From sequence record SRR2962707_2248: a stretch of 40,031 nucleotides of DNA, one strand, 5' to 3'. A model generated the notes under the pieces. The model was not told the DNA's origin. It did no database searches and worked only from the letters and a program-made list of their open reading frames with translations. Positions 10,246 to 19,743 of the stretch are shown piece after piece. The first letter of the stretch is position 1. Every line of letters begins with the position of its first letter. The translations under genes and the position numbers were made by a program.

Positions 10246-10583
10246 TTACCATCTACCATAATCCCCGATGTATGAAAAGCAGGCAGACGCTTGCTTTGAT
10301 TGAAGAGAAAGGTGAAAATTTCATCGTAAAGGAATATCTGAAAACCCCTCCGACAAAAGAGGAGCTAAAACAGATCGTAGATCTTTTGGAGATCAAACCC
10401 TTGGACCTTATTAGAAAGGGTGAGGCGGAGTTCAAAGAGCACTTCAAGGGAAAAGATTTGTCTGATGACGAATGGCTGGATGCGATGGTTAGCTATCCGA
10501 AATTGATTGAACGCCCGATAGTGATATATGAAAATAAAGCGGTAATCGGTCGTCCACCTGAAAAAGTACTGGATATCATATGA
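10242..10583 (+). CDS. arsC: ArsC family (glutaredoxin-type arsenate reductase-like)
   Basis: Motifs IYHNPRCMKSR, LIERPIV, GRPPE. Confidence 0.85.
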   Translation: MITIYHNPRCMKSRQTLALIEEKGENFIVKEYLKTPPTKEELKQIVDLLEIKPLDLIRKGEAEFKEHFKGKDLSDDEWLDAMVSYPKLIERPIVIYENKAVIGRPPEKVLDII

Positions 10584-11557
10584 AGGCAATACTGGTTAAA
10601 GAGCTGGGTGGGCCGGAAAAGCTGGTCTACGGAGATCATGAAATTGGCTCATCTGGAGCTGGGAGAGTGAAAATTGAAGTGAAATATGCCGGAGTAAACT
10701 TTCCTGATACGCTGATAATTAGGGGAAAGTATCAATTCCAACCGGAGCTTCCGTTTTCTCCTGGTGGTGAAGTGGCAGGGATCATCAAAGAGGTTGGTCC
10801 CGGTGTAACTGATTTTAAACCCGGTGATCGTGTGATTTCAGGGACCACTTCAGGAGCTTTTGCCGAGGAGGCTGAAGGGTTTGCTTTCAACACTCACCAT
10901 TTGCCTGATGAAGTGAGTTTTCAGGATGGAGCCACGGTCTTAATGACGCATGGTACCGTGATCCATGCATTGAAGGATCGGGCAAAGCTTCAAAAGGGGG
11001 AGACTTTAGCTATTCTGGGTGCGTCGGGTGGAGTAGGTACTGCTGCTATTCAGCTAGGTAAGGCGATGGGTGCTAAGATCATTGCTTGTGCATCTACAGA
11101 TGAGAAGCTGAAATTTTGCGAGGAATTGGGAGCCGATATTTTGCATAAGTATACACCAGATAATATAAAATCAGCATTGAAGGATCTCACCGGAGGTCGG
11201 GGAGCTGATGTGATATTTGATGCAGTTGGTGGCGATTATTCTGAGCAGGCCTTTCGGGGAATTGCACCGATGGGTCGGTTTCTTGTGGTCGGCTTTGCGT
11301 CAGGTTATGTCCCTAAAATCCCCCTCAATCTCCCATTATTAAAAAGTGCTTCAATTGTTGGGGTGTTCTGGGGTAACTTCTTTCGAAATTTCCCTGAGGA
11401 GAATAAATCCAATATTCAGGAGCTATTGGAAATGGTAAAAAATGGAAAAATTAACCCGATTGTTGATGAAGTATTCTCATTGTCGGACACCAGACATGCC
11501 TTAGAAAAGATTGAGAGGAGACAAGTAAAAGGTAAAATCGTCATTCAAATAAGTTAA
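10580..11557 (+). CDS. NADPH:quinone oxidoreductase (MDR family)
   Basis: Motifs GVNFPD, PFSPGGEVAG, GASGGVG, VGFASG, GVFWG. Confidence 0.9.
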   Translation: MKAILVKELGGPEKLVYGDHEIGSSGAGRVKIEVKYAGVNFPDTLIIRGKYQFQPELPFSPGGEVAGIIKEVGPGVTDFKPGDRVISGTTSGAFAEEAEGFAFNTHHLPDEVSFQDGATVLMTHGTVIHALKDRAKLQKGETLAILGASGGVGTAAIQLGKAMGAKIIACASTDEKLKFCEELGADILHKYTPDNIKSALKDLTGGRGADVIFDAVGGDYSEQAFRGIAPMGRFLVVGFASGYVPKIPLNLPLLKSASIVGVFWGNFFRNFPEENKSNIQELLEMVKNGKINPIVDEVFSLSDTRHALEKIERRQVKGKIVIQIS

Positions 11558-11586
11558 TAATTCCTTTTTTTCAGAATTTTATTCTG

Positions 11587-11615
11587 TTTGCGTAATTCTT
11601 TACAACTTACTTTTG
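11587..11615 (+). promoter_or_regulatory. Bacteroidota housekeeping promoter for susC (-33 TTTG / -7 TAnnTTTG)
   Basis: TTTG at 11587-11590 and TACTTTTG at 11608-11615. Confidence 0.6.
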
Positions 11616-11670
11616 TGGTCCTTCTTTGATTCATCGAAGATTTTTTGGTATTCATCCGATATTTCGTGAT

Positions 11671-11687
11671 TTTAACAGAATGTTAAA
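11671..11687. promoter_or_regulatory. Palindromic operator-like site in the susC leader
   Basis: Perfect inverted repeat TTTAACA-GAA-TGTTAAA. Confidence 0.45.
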
Positions 11688-11713
11688 TCAATTTTTAAGT
11701 TAAAAACTCTACT

Positions 11714-14599
11714 ATGATGAAAAACTACTTAAAAAGAAAACTGATGGTTTTAGCCTTTATGGTGCCCATTAGTTTTTTGATGGCCCAGGATGTTAGGGTC
11801 AGTGGAACGGTCACGGATGCCTCCAATGGGGAGCCGTTACCGGGTGTTACTGTATTAGTAAAAGGGACAACCAACGGTACTATTACAGGAATAAATGGAG
11901 AATATGAATTGTCGGTTCCATCAGGTTCCACCATCGTCTTTTCTTCTATTGGATATTCGAGTCAAGAAGTTCCTGCTTCTGAAGCTGGAGATCTTGCTAT
12001 GAGAACAGATGTAACGAATCTCGATGAAGTAGTTGTTACAGGACTTGCCACCTCGGTTAAACGATCGAATTTGGCAAATGCTGTGAGCACAGTGTCTTCT
12101 GAACAGCTTACGGGAATGACCAACCAGGGAACTGTGGATGGTGCACTCTATGGAAAAATGACTGGAGTGAACTTAACATCTATTTCAGGAGCTCCGGGTG
12201 GAGGTGTTGCGATGCGTTTAAGGGGGATTTCTTCCATCAAAGGAAATAACCAGCCACTGATTATCATTGATGGAATCTATATGAGCAATGCGGAAATACC
12301 ATCAGGTTCAAGGTTTGCCTCAGGAGCTAACAGGGGCAATGAAGAGCAATCAGCAAACAGGTTAGCGGATCTTGATCCGAACGATATTCAAAATATAGAA
12401 GTATTGAAGGGAGCATCAGCTGCAGCTATTTACGGTACAAGAGCGAATGCTGGTGTTATAATCATCACAACCAAACGAGGAAGCCAGGGTAAAACTCAAT
12501 TTAGCTTATCTCAGGATGTAGGATTTAGCAATGCTGTAAGGCTTTTGGGTATGAGAGATTGGGATGCTACCAAAGTGGCTTCTACCTATGGTGACTCTGA
12601 GGTTGCTGCGTTCAATGCTGCAGATCAACTTTATGATTATGAAGAAGAGCTTTTTGGTGAAACCGGATTGATCCTGAATACCAACTTCTCAGCTAGAGGA
12701 GGAAGCGATAAAACCACTTTTTATATCGGCGGCTCTGTTAGAGACGAGGAGGGAATCATGAAAAATACTGGTTTTAAACGGTATAATATTAGAGCCAATA
12801 TCGATCATAAAATTAGTGATCGGGTAAAAATAACTTCTGCTTCATCTTTCATTAGATCAGAAACATCCAGAGGTTTTACCGGAAATGAAAACGAGGGCGG
12901 TTTGGCTGTAATCTATAACCTGGCTTACACCAGACCATGGTACAACTTATATCCTGATCAATTCGGAAATTATCCTGCTAACCCGTCATCATCAGGTAAT
13001 ATGCTTTTGGTAAGAGATCAAGCCAAAAATGAAGACCAGGTCAATCGAACCCTACAGTCGTTAAATTTTGAAGCAGACCTCATTAAAAAGGATAATCAGG
13101 TGTTAAAGTTTAAGTGGAATGGTGGATTGGATTTCTTTATAAACGAAACGTATGTATACGTACCTGAAACGCATCAAGCTCAGGTGGGCAATCAAAATGG
13201 GTATATTGGAGTAGGTAAGAATACCTTCACCAATCTGAATTATACGGCTTTCTTAAATCATGATATTTATCTAGGTGATTTGGCGTTAAGCACAAGTGCT
13301 GGTATATCATATTTGAATTTTAAAAGAGAGTTTTTGTATTCTGAGGCAACTCAGTTAATACCAGGTCAAACCAATGCAACTCAAAGTGGGTCTAAAGACA
13401 TCATTCAAAACTTAGAGAATGAAGAAGAATTTGGTTTTATATTCCAGGAACAGGCAAACTATAATGATCAACTGATTGGTACTGTGGGTATTCGAATGGA
13501 CAAATCCAGTTTGAATGGTGACCCAAACAAGTATTATAGCTTCCTTAAAGCTTCCTTAGCGGCTAATATCCACAATTTTGATTTCTGGAGTGTTGACCAA
13601 ATCAATCAGTTAAAAGTAAGGGTAGCTTATGGAGAAACTGGATCAAGTGCAACGTATGGTGCTTTGTTTACAACATTTGATCCTACCAATATTGGAGGAC
13701 AAGGCGGTAGCATCATAGATACGCAGCGTGGTACCCCTAATCTTGAACCAGAGACTTCTCAAGAGTTAGAGTTTGGTTTTGATTTAGGACTATTTGATGG
13801 AATTGTTGGATTGGAATTTACAGCCTACAACAGAAAGGTGAAAAATCTATTGTTTGATAGAAGTCTACCTTCATCCATTGGTTTTAGTACCCAGGTGTTA
13901 AATGATGCCGATTTGGAGAATAAGGGTATTGAGATTGCTTTGAATGCACAGCCAGTGAGTAATGACAATGTGACTTGGAATACTACGGTAAACTGGTGGA
14001 AAAATGAAGCTACTTATACACGGTTAGGTGTTCCACCTTTTGCTGCACCAGGAAATGGATTCGGGCTAAGTCTGGGTACTTTTTACATTGAGGAAGGTGG
14101 ATCTGTAACAGGAATCTATCAAAACGTAGATGGAACTCCTACAGAGGTAGGAAATACTCAACCTGATTTTCAGATGTCTTTTTACAACACGGTTAATTTC
14201 CTGAACAACTTTGATTTCTCTTTCTTGTTGCACTGGAAAAAAGGCGGTGAGAACCTGAACCTCTCCAATTTACTTTTTGATGATGGAGGTACAAATCCGG
14301 CAATTGATGATCGTGGCTCACAATATGCTGCTACCAATATTCAGCCTGCTGGCTATTGGAGACTAAGAGAAGTGGCTTTGTACTATACTCTGCCCAACTC
14401 GGCATTGAGCATTTTCAATGGGTCTATTCAGAGTATTAAAATTGGAACTTCTGGAAGAAATTTATGGACTAAGACTGATTATCCTGGTTATGATCCAGAG
14501 GTTTCTACTAACGGTACCAATGCTCTGGGAAGTGGGCTTGATGTAGGGCCATATCCTAATAACAGGCAGATATTTTTCCATCTCAATGTAAACTTTTAA
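11714..14599 (+). CDS. SusC/RagA family TonB-dependent outer membrane receptor
   Basis: N-terminal GEPLPGVTVLVKGT domain, plug motif DIQNIEVLKGASAAAIYGTRANAGVIIITTKRG, NLEPETS, and a C-terminal Phe. Confidence 0.95.
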   Translation: MMKNYLKRKLMVLAFMVPISFLMAQDVRVSGTVTDASNGEPLPGVTVLVKGTTNGTITGINGEYELSVPSGSTIVFSSIGYSSQEVPASEAGDLAMRTDVTNLDEVVVTGLATSVKRSNLANAVSTVSSEQLTGMTNQGTVDGALYGKMTGVNLTSISGAPGGGVAMRLRGISSIKGNNQPLIIIDGIYMSNAEIPSGSRFASGANRGNEEQSANRLADLDPNDIQNIEVLKGASAAAIYGTRANAGVIIITTKRGSQGKTQFSLSQDVGFSNAVRLLGMRDWDATKVASTYGDSEVAAFNAADQLYDYEEELFGETGLILNTNFSARGGSDKTTFYIGGSVRDEEGIMKNTGFKRYNIRANIDHKISDRVKITSASSFIRSETSRGFTGNENEGGLAVIYNLAYTRPWYNLYPDQFGNYPANPSSSGNMLLVRDQAKNEDQVNRTLQSLNFEADLIKKDNQVLKFKWNGGLDFFINETYVYVPETHQAQVGNQNGYIGVGKNTFTNLNYTAFLNHDIYLGDLALSTSAGISYLNFKREFLYSEATQLIPGQTNATQSGSKDIIQNLENEEEFGFIFQEQANYNDQLIGTVGIRMDKSSLNGDPNKYYSFLKASLAANIHNFDFWSVDQINQLKVRVAYGETGSSATYGALFTTFDPTNIGGQGGSIIDTQRGTPNLEPETSQELEFGFDLGLFDGIVGLEFTAYNRKVKNLLFDRSLPSSIGFSTQVLNDADLENKGIEIALNAQPVSNDNVTWNTTVNWWKNEATYTRLGVPPFAAPGNGFGLSLGTFYIEEGGSVTGIYQNVDGTPTEVGNTQPDFQMSFYNTVNFLNNFDFSFLLHWKKGGENLNLSNLLFDDGGTNPAIDDRGSQYAATNIQPAGYWRLREVALYYTLPNSALSIFNGSIQSIKIGTSGRNLWTKTDYPGYDPEVSTNGTNALGSGLDVGPYPNNRQIFFHLNVNF

Positions 14600-14610
14600 A
14601 CACAACTGAA

Positions 14611-15948
14611 ATGAAAAAGATATTATTATTAATAATAGTTACCTCAATTACGTTTGGATGTGAAATTGAAGATCAAGTAAATCCAAATGCACCGGCATTG
14701 GAGGATATTGTTGCCAATGCCTCAGAAACAGAATTGAACAACTTAGTAACAGGTATTTTGGCTAGAATGCGGAATAGTTATCCAATATATACTACCGCAA
14801 CTGGAACAATCACCAGAGAATTGTATTTATTCGATGCAGATCCTAGAAACACAACTGATTTAGTAGGAACAAAAGAATCCGGTCTAAGTAATAGTGTATT
14901 TTATACAACTGCTAACTGGACCAATAGATACAGAACAATCAAAAACTGTAACATATTATTGGAATCTTTGTCAGGAGCTGAACCGAGTGTAACGGCAGCT
15001 GAGAAGCAAGGCTACAGTGCCTTTGCCAAAACAATTATGGCACACCAATTTTTAATTCTTTGGGGTGCGTACTTTGATAGTGGCATTAGAATAGACGTAG
15101 CTGATCCTGATGATTTTGGACCATTGGTTACTGATCCGGATCAAGTACTACAATTTGTACGTGATTTGTTCGATGAAGCAAATGATGAGTTAACAGGAGC
15201 AGAGTTCGCATTTGGACTTTCTACCGGATTTGCAGGCTTTGATACTCCAGCTACATTTTCTGGGTTTAACAGAGCACTGGCTGCCCGGGCAGCCCTGTAT
15301 GCCGGAGATGGTGCAGCAGCATTGACTCACCTTGGAGATTCATTCTTTGATATTAATGGAGACTTGAACTTAGGTCCTAAAATGATCTTCAGCACTTCGG
15401 GTGGAGATTTACTTAATGATCTATTTAAAACTCCAGGTCAAAATGGTAATCAGATTTTTGCATCTGATACGTGGGTAGATGAAGCCCAGGCCGGAGACCC
15501 GAGAGTGGCAGCTAAGGTGACACAACGAGATGCACCATTCACTAAATCTGGAATTACAGTGAATTATGAGACCAATCTATATCCCACATCAACTAGCCCC
15601 ATTGATATTATTCGAAATGAGGAGCTAATGTTGATTTATGCTGAGGCTAACATCACTGATGGAACGAATGCTGAAGCATTGGCCGGCATTAATGCTGTAA
15701 GAGCAGGCTGGGGTTGGGCCAATCCATTGGCAGGAACTGTAACAATTGATGATGTCCTTTATGAAAGAAGATATTCCCTGTGGGGAGAGGCACACAGAAT
15801 GGTTGACTTGAGACGTACTGGTAATCTCAATGATACTTACATCACATTGGATAATATTACTACCACTGATGAAAATGATAATGTGGTGCCTGCTAGACAG
15901 GAAATATTTACTAAGTTCCCGCTTCCATTGGATGAAGTTGGTAGCTAA
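14611..15948 (+). CDS. SusD/RagB family outer membrane lipoprotein
   Basis: Lipobox ITFGC, IRNEELMLIYAEA, ERRYSLWGEAHRMVDLRR. Lies directly after susC. Confidence 0.92.
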   Translation: MKKILLLIIVTSITFGCEIEDQVNPNAPALEDIVANASETELNNLVTGILARMRNSYPIYTTATGTITRELYLFDADPRNTTDLVGTKESGLSNSVFYTTANWTNRYRTIKNCNILLESLSGAEPSVTAAEKQGYSAFAKTIMAHQFLILWGAYFDSGIRIDVADPDDFGPLVTDPDQVLQFVRDLFDEANDELTGAEFAFGLSTGFAGFDTPATFSGFNRALAARAALYAGDGAAALTHLGDSFFDINGDLNLGPKMIFSTSGGDLLNDLFKTPGQNGNQIFASDTWVDEAQAGDPRVAAKVTQRDAPFTKSGITVNYETNLYPTSTSPIDIIRNEELMLIYAEANITDGTNAEALAGINAVRAGWGWANPLAGTVTIDDVLYERRYSLWGEAHRMVDLRRTGNLNDTYITLDNITTTDENDNVVPARQEIFTKFPLPLDEVGS

Positions 15949-15967
15949 TTAAAAAATGTTCGTTACT

Positions 15968-15995
15968 AAACCCACTCAATCGAGTGGGTTTTTTT
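15968..15995. terminator. Rho-independent terminator between convergent genes (probably bidirectional)
   Basis: AAACCCACTC-AATC-GAGTGGGTTTTTTT. Confidence 0.85.
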
Positions 15996-16482
15996 ATGCG
16001 ATTTCTTTATTCAAATCAACCAAATCCAAAGGTTTAGTATACATATCCAAAGAACCATCTGGTTTCATCGGCCATTCTTCTTTTGGCTTATCCCAGTACA
16101 ACTCCACTCCGTTTTGGTCAGGATCATTTAAGTAGATCGCCTCTGAAACTCCATGATCCGATGCTCCTGTAATAGGGTATTTTGCCTCTCTCAGTCTGTT
16201 CAGTAAGACTGCCAGGTCTTTCCTTGTAGGAAGCAAAATCGCCGTATGAAAAAGCCCCGTACTGTTTCGTGGTGGAGGACCTCCACCTTTACTCATCCAG
16301 GTGTTCAATCCGATATGGTGATGATAACCGCCTGCTGAAATAAAGGCAGCATTGTCACCATAAGTCGTTATTAATTCAAAACCTAAAAGGCCACAATAGA
16401 AATCCAGTGATCGCTGAATATCAGAGACCTTTAAGTGTACATGGCCTATTCGGGTTTGTGCCGGAATTTTATAATCTTCCAT
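15994..16482 (-). CDS. VOC/glyoxalase family protein (CatE-like domain)
   Basis: Motifs IGHVHLKVSD, GGYHHHIGLNTW, GLFHTA, DHGVSEAIYLNDPDQNGVELY. Confidence 0.9.
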   Translation of the reverse strand: MEDYKIPAQTRIGHVHLKVSDIQRSLDFYCGLLGFELITTYGDNAAFISAGGYHHHIGLNTWMSKGGGPPPRNSTGLFHTAILLPTRKDLAVLLNRLREAKYPITGASDHGVSEAIYLNDPDQNGVELYWDKPKEEWPMKPDGSLDMYTKPLDLVDLNKEIA

Positions 16483-16483
16483 A

Positions 16484-17191
16484 TCAATTCATGGGTACTT
16501 CTATGAACAATAACTCTGAATCCTTTTTTGCAGAAATGATTACCTCATTGACCTCTGAGACTCCAATGGCATCACGTTTTTCAAGGGTTTCATTATCCAA
16601 ATTGATTTGACCCTCAATCACAAATACATACACCCCATTGCCTGCTTTATTGAGATTATAAGTAATGGCATTTCCGTCAGACAAACTGGCCAGAGAAAAG
16701 TAGGCATCCTGATTGATCCAAAGTGCCTGCTCATCAACAGGAGAAACGACCGTCTGAATCTTGTTGATTCTATCGGATGACTCAAATATTCTCTGGTCAT
16801 ACCTCGGCTGGATGTCTTTGTTTTTAGGGAACACCCAAATCTGAAGGAAATTCACCTCATCCGTTTTACTGGCGTTATATTCTGAGTGGGTCAGTCCGCT
16901 TCCTGCGCTCATAATTTGTACCTCTCCGGTTTTGATCATTTTCTCAGTTCCCGTGCTATCCATGTGTGCCAAAGCTCCCTTCAACGGGATGGAAACAATT
17001 TCCATGTTATCGTGTGGGTGTGTAGGAAACCCTGCACCACCCCGGACAATGTCATCGTTAAGCACTCTCAACATTCCAAAATGGATCCTGTCAGGATTGT
17101 AATACTGGCCGAAACTGAATGTATGCCTACTTTTTAGCCACCCAAAGTCAACTGTTCCCCTACTATCTGCTTTATGAATTACCTTTTTCAT
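16484..17191 (-). CDS. Pirin family protein (YhhW-like)
   Basis: Motifs GWLKSRHTFSF, LRVLNDD, GFPTHPHDNMEI, QIMSAGSG..HSE, LQIW. Confidence 0.95.
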   Translation of the reverse strand: MKKVIHKADSRGTVDFGWLKSRHTFSFGQYYNPDRIHFGMLRVLNDDIVRGGAGFPTHPHDNMEIVSIPLKGALAHMDSTGTEKMIKTGEVQIMSAGSGLTHSEYNASKTDEVNFLQIWVFPKNKDIQPRYDQRIFESSDRINKIQTVVSPVDEQALWINQDAYFSLASLSDGNAITYNLNKAGNGVYVFVIEGQINLDNETLEKRDAIGVSEVNEVIISAKKDSELLFIEVPMN

Positions 17192-17218
17192 TTCGTATTC
17201 CTTTCTTTTGATTATTAA

Positions 17219-17253
17219 ATATACGTAAATACATTTAATGTAGTTACATATAT
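17219..17253. promoter_or_regulatory. Long AT-rich inverted repeat upstream of the pirin-VOC operon (repressor operator-like)
   Basis: ATATACGTAAATACATT-T-AATGTAGTTACATATAT, 17-bp arms with 2 mismatches. Confidence 0.5.
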
Positions 17254-17285
17254 AATGTGAAAAACAGGAGGCTAGAGATTTTTTG

Positions 17286-17293
17286 TACCTTTG
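17286..17293 (+). promoter_or_regulatory. Bacteroidota -7 promoter element for the PPIase gene
   Basis: TACCTTTG matches TAnnTTTG and lies about 30 bp before ATG 17323. Confidence 0.65.
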
Positions 17294-17322
17294 CGAGAAT
17301 TATTTCACAAGAAAAGAAAAAC

Positions 17323-17748
17323 ATGAAAGCTAAAGCTAACGACAAGGTAAAAGTACATTACACAGGAAAGCTCACTTCCGGCGAGGTATTTGATTCCTCT
17401 GAAGGGCGTGACCCGTTAGAATTCACTGTGGGTGGCGGACAAATGATTAAAGGCTTTGATGAGGCGGTAAACGGAATGGAGATTGATGAAAAGAAAACGG
17501 TAACCATCCCGACTGCTGAAGCTTATGGAGATAGGAGAGACGAATTAATTCAGGATGTTCCTAAGGATCAGCTTCCTGAAGACATGAAGCCGGAGGTGGG
17601 GCAGAAGCTGGTAGCGACCAATGATCTGGGACACCAAACATACGTTTCTGTAACGGCTGTATCTGATGATGCGATCACAGTAGACGCCAATCATGAATTG
17701 GCCGGCAAGGATTTGGTTTTTGATATCCAACTTGTAGAGATCGGGTAA
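17323..17748 (+). CDS. FKBP-type peptidyl-prolyl isomerase (SlyD/SlpA-like)
   Basis: Motifs VKVHYTGKL..GEVFDSS..RDPLEF, EAYG, VDANHELAGKDLVFDI. Confidence 0.93.
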   Translation: MKAKANDKVKVHYTGKLTSGEVFDSSEGRDPLEFTVGGGQMIKGFDEAVNGMEIDEKKTVTIPTAEAYGDRRDELIQDVPKDQLPEDMKPEVGQKLVATNDLGHQTYVSVTAVSDDAITVDANHELAGKDLVFDIQLVEIG

Positions 17749-17767
17749 AAAGATTTAAAAATTAAAT

Positions 17768-17799
17768 AGAAGAGGCCTTGATTCAGGGCCTCTTTTTTT
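17768..17799 (+). terminator. Rho-independent terminator
   Basis: AAGAGGCCTTG-ATT-CAGGGCCTCTTTTTTT. Confidence 0.85.
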
Positions 17800-17847
17800 A
17801 TGCCATTTTTGTGGTATCTTAATCGCAAAAGCAGTTTTAAACCTGGA

Positions 17848-19659
17848 ATGAAAAAACCACTTCTCCTTCTCTCATTTGTGATCGCTTTGGGTGCTTACAG
17901 TCAGGATAGCCTACGATCAGACAGTATTCAGCGGGCAGTCAATAGCCTGAATCAGCAGCTAAATACGTACGAGCGATTGCTCGATGAGAACATCCAACGG
18001 CGCAGGCAGGATTCACTGGCTCGTGTAGATTTAATGAAGCGAATCCAGTTACTTCAGGAGAGTGATAAGCTGAGTCAGGCGACCCTTCGTGAACAAATAA
18101 AAGAGATTGAGCAAAGAGACTCTGCACGAAATGCGGAGCAAAGAGAACGTATCCTCCGGCTTAGAGAAAGCACAAAGGGCTATACTGTAAAGCCTCTTGG
18201 TGATTCACTTTTTACCATTTTCACCAAATTGGGTCCGGTGATGGCAGAAGAAAGAGCTTCCAATGTCTCGGAAAAATTAAAGCTGCTTGTCAGAGATGAT
18301 TTTTTCTATCCGGATTCACTATACCGGGAGGAACATGGAGGAACAATTGATGTGATGTATCAAAACCTGATCATTACGAGTGTGTCCGATTGGGACGTAC
18401 TATGGGTAGAAGGGATCAGTAAAGATTCACTGGCCGGTACGTACCAGCGTAGTATTCTGGAATTTGTAAATAAATCCAGAAACCGCAGTACCATTCAAAA
18501 TATTGCAGCAAGGATTGGCTTGGTTTTTTTAGTGATTGGAGGTGTGGTCTTGGTCCTGTATTTCATTCGTCGCATTACGAATGGCATCCAGGGGTGGATG
18601 GTTCTTAACAAGAATAAATATTTCAATGGTTTGCGGCTAAGGAGCTATGAATTCCTTCCTCCACCATTGCATCTGGACATTAGTGTTCGGATGGTGTCTT
18701 TTTTGAAATGGACACTATACGCATTAGTCCTTTACCTCTCACTTCCGTTAGTATTCGGGCTTTTCCCATTTACACGCAGCTGGGCAAATACATTACTGGA
18801 TTGGATATTAAGTCCTGCGCGGGATATTTGGTTTGGCTTTTGGAATTACCTGCCCAATGTATTCACCATCATAGTCATTTATCTCATTACGCGATATCTG
18901 GTAAAATTCCTGAAGTTCATTGCTACGGAAGTCGAAATATCAGCACTCACCATCCCCGGTTTTTATCCGGATTGGGCCCTGCCAACATACCGTCTGGTGA
19001 AGTTCCTGATCTATGCTTTTATGCTGGTGATGATATGGCCTTATTTGCCGGGTTCCGATTCTGATATTTTCAAAGGAGTTTCTATTTTCATTGGGTTGTT
19101 GATATCCTTTGGATCTACCTCAGCTATTGCCAATGCAGTTGCCGGATTGGTCATAACCTACATGCGTCCTTTTAAAGTAGGTGACCGGGTAAAAATAGGA
19201 GAGGTGACGGGACAGATCATTGAGAAGACGTTGTTGGTGACCCGGGTCAGGACCACCAAGAATGAAGACATCACAGTGCCAAACTCCGCTATACTTACGG
19301 GTCACACTGTCAATTACACGAGTAGCAGCAAAGAACTTGGACTCATACTGAACACCTCTGTAACGATCGGTTACGATGTGCCCTGGAGAAAAGTGCATGA
19401 ATTGTTGATTGAGGCAGCAGTAGCCACCGAAGGGGTGAATATCAGCAAAGAGCCGTTTGTGCTGCAAACCAGCCTTGACGATTGGTATGTGTCATATCAG
19501 TTGAATGCGTATACAGATGCGCCGGAGTTGATGCCCAAAACTTATTCATTGTTGCATGCTAACATTCAGGATAAGTTCAATGAGGCAGGTATTGAGATTA
19601 TGTCTCCGCACTACAGAGCGGTAAGGGATGGGAATATGACTACCATACCTAAGAGATAA
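17848..19659 (+). CDS. MscS family mechanosensitive channel with a large periplasmic N-terminus
   Basis: Signal peptide, coiled coil, TM helices, RPFKVGDRVKIG, ITVPNS, TIGYDVPW, FNEAGIEIMSPHY. Confidence 0.92.
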   Translation: MKKPLLLLSFVIALGAYSQDSLRSDSIQRAVNSLNQQLNTYERLLDENIQRRRQDSLARVDLMKRIQLLQESDKLSQATLREQIKEIEQRDSARNAEQRERILRLRESTKGYTVKPLGDSLFTIFTKLGPVMAEERASNVSEKLKLLVRDDFFYPDSLYREEHGGTIDVMYQNLIITSVSDWDVLWVEGISKDSLAGTYQRSILEFVNKSRNRSTIQNIAARIGLVFLVIGGVVLVLYFIRRITNGIQGWMVLNKNKYFNGLRLRSYEFLPPPLHLDISVRMVSFLKWTLYALVLYLSLPLVFGLFPFTRSWANTLLDWILSPARDIWFGFWNYLPNVFTIIVIYLITRYLVKFLKFIATEVEISALTIPGFYPDWALPTYRLVKFLIYAFMLVMIWPYLPGSDSDIFKGVSIFIGLLISFGSTSAIANAVAGLVITYMRPFKVGDRVKIGEVTGQIIEKTLLVTRVRTTKNEDITVPNSAILTGHTVNYTSSSKELGLILNTSVTIGYDVPWRKVHELLIEAAVATEGVNISKEPFVLQTSLDDWYVSYQLNAYTDAPELMPKTYSLLHANIQDKFNEAGIEIMSPHYRAVRDGNMTTIPKR

Positions 19660-19743
19660 TTTTTTACTATCACTTATTTCCGTTACTTTTAATTGTAGGA
19701 TTAGACATCAACCAGATCATGATTTTAACCATTAACGATTGTC

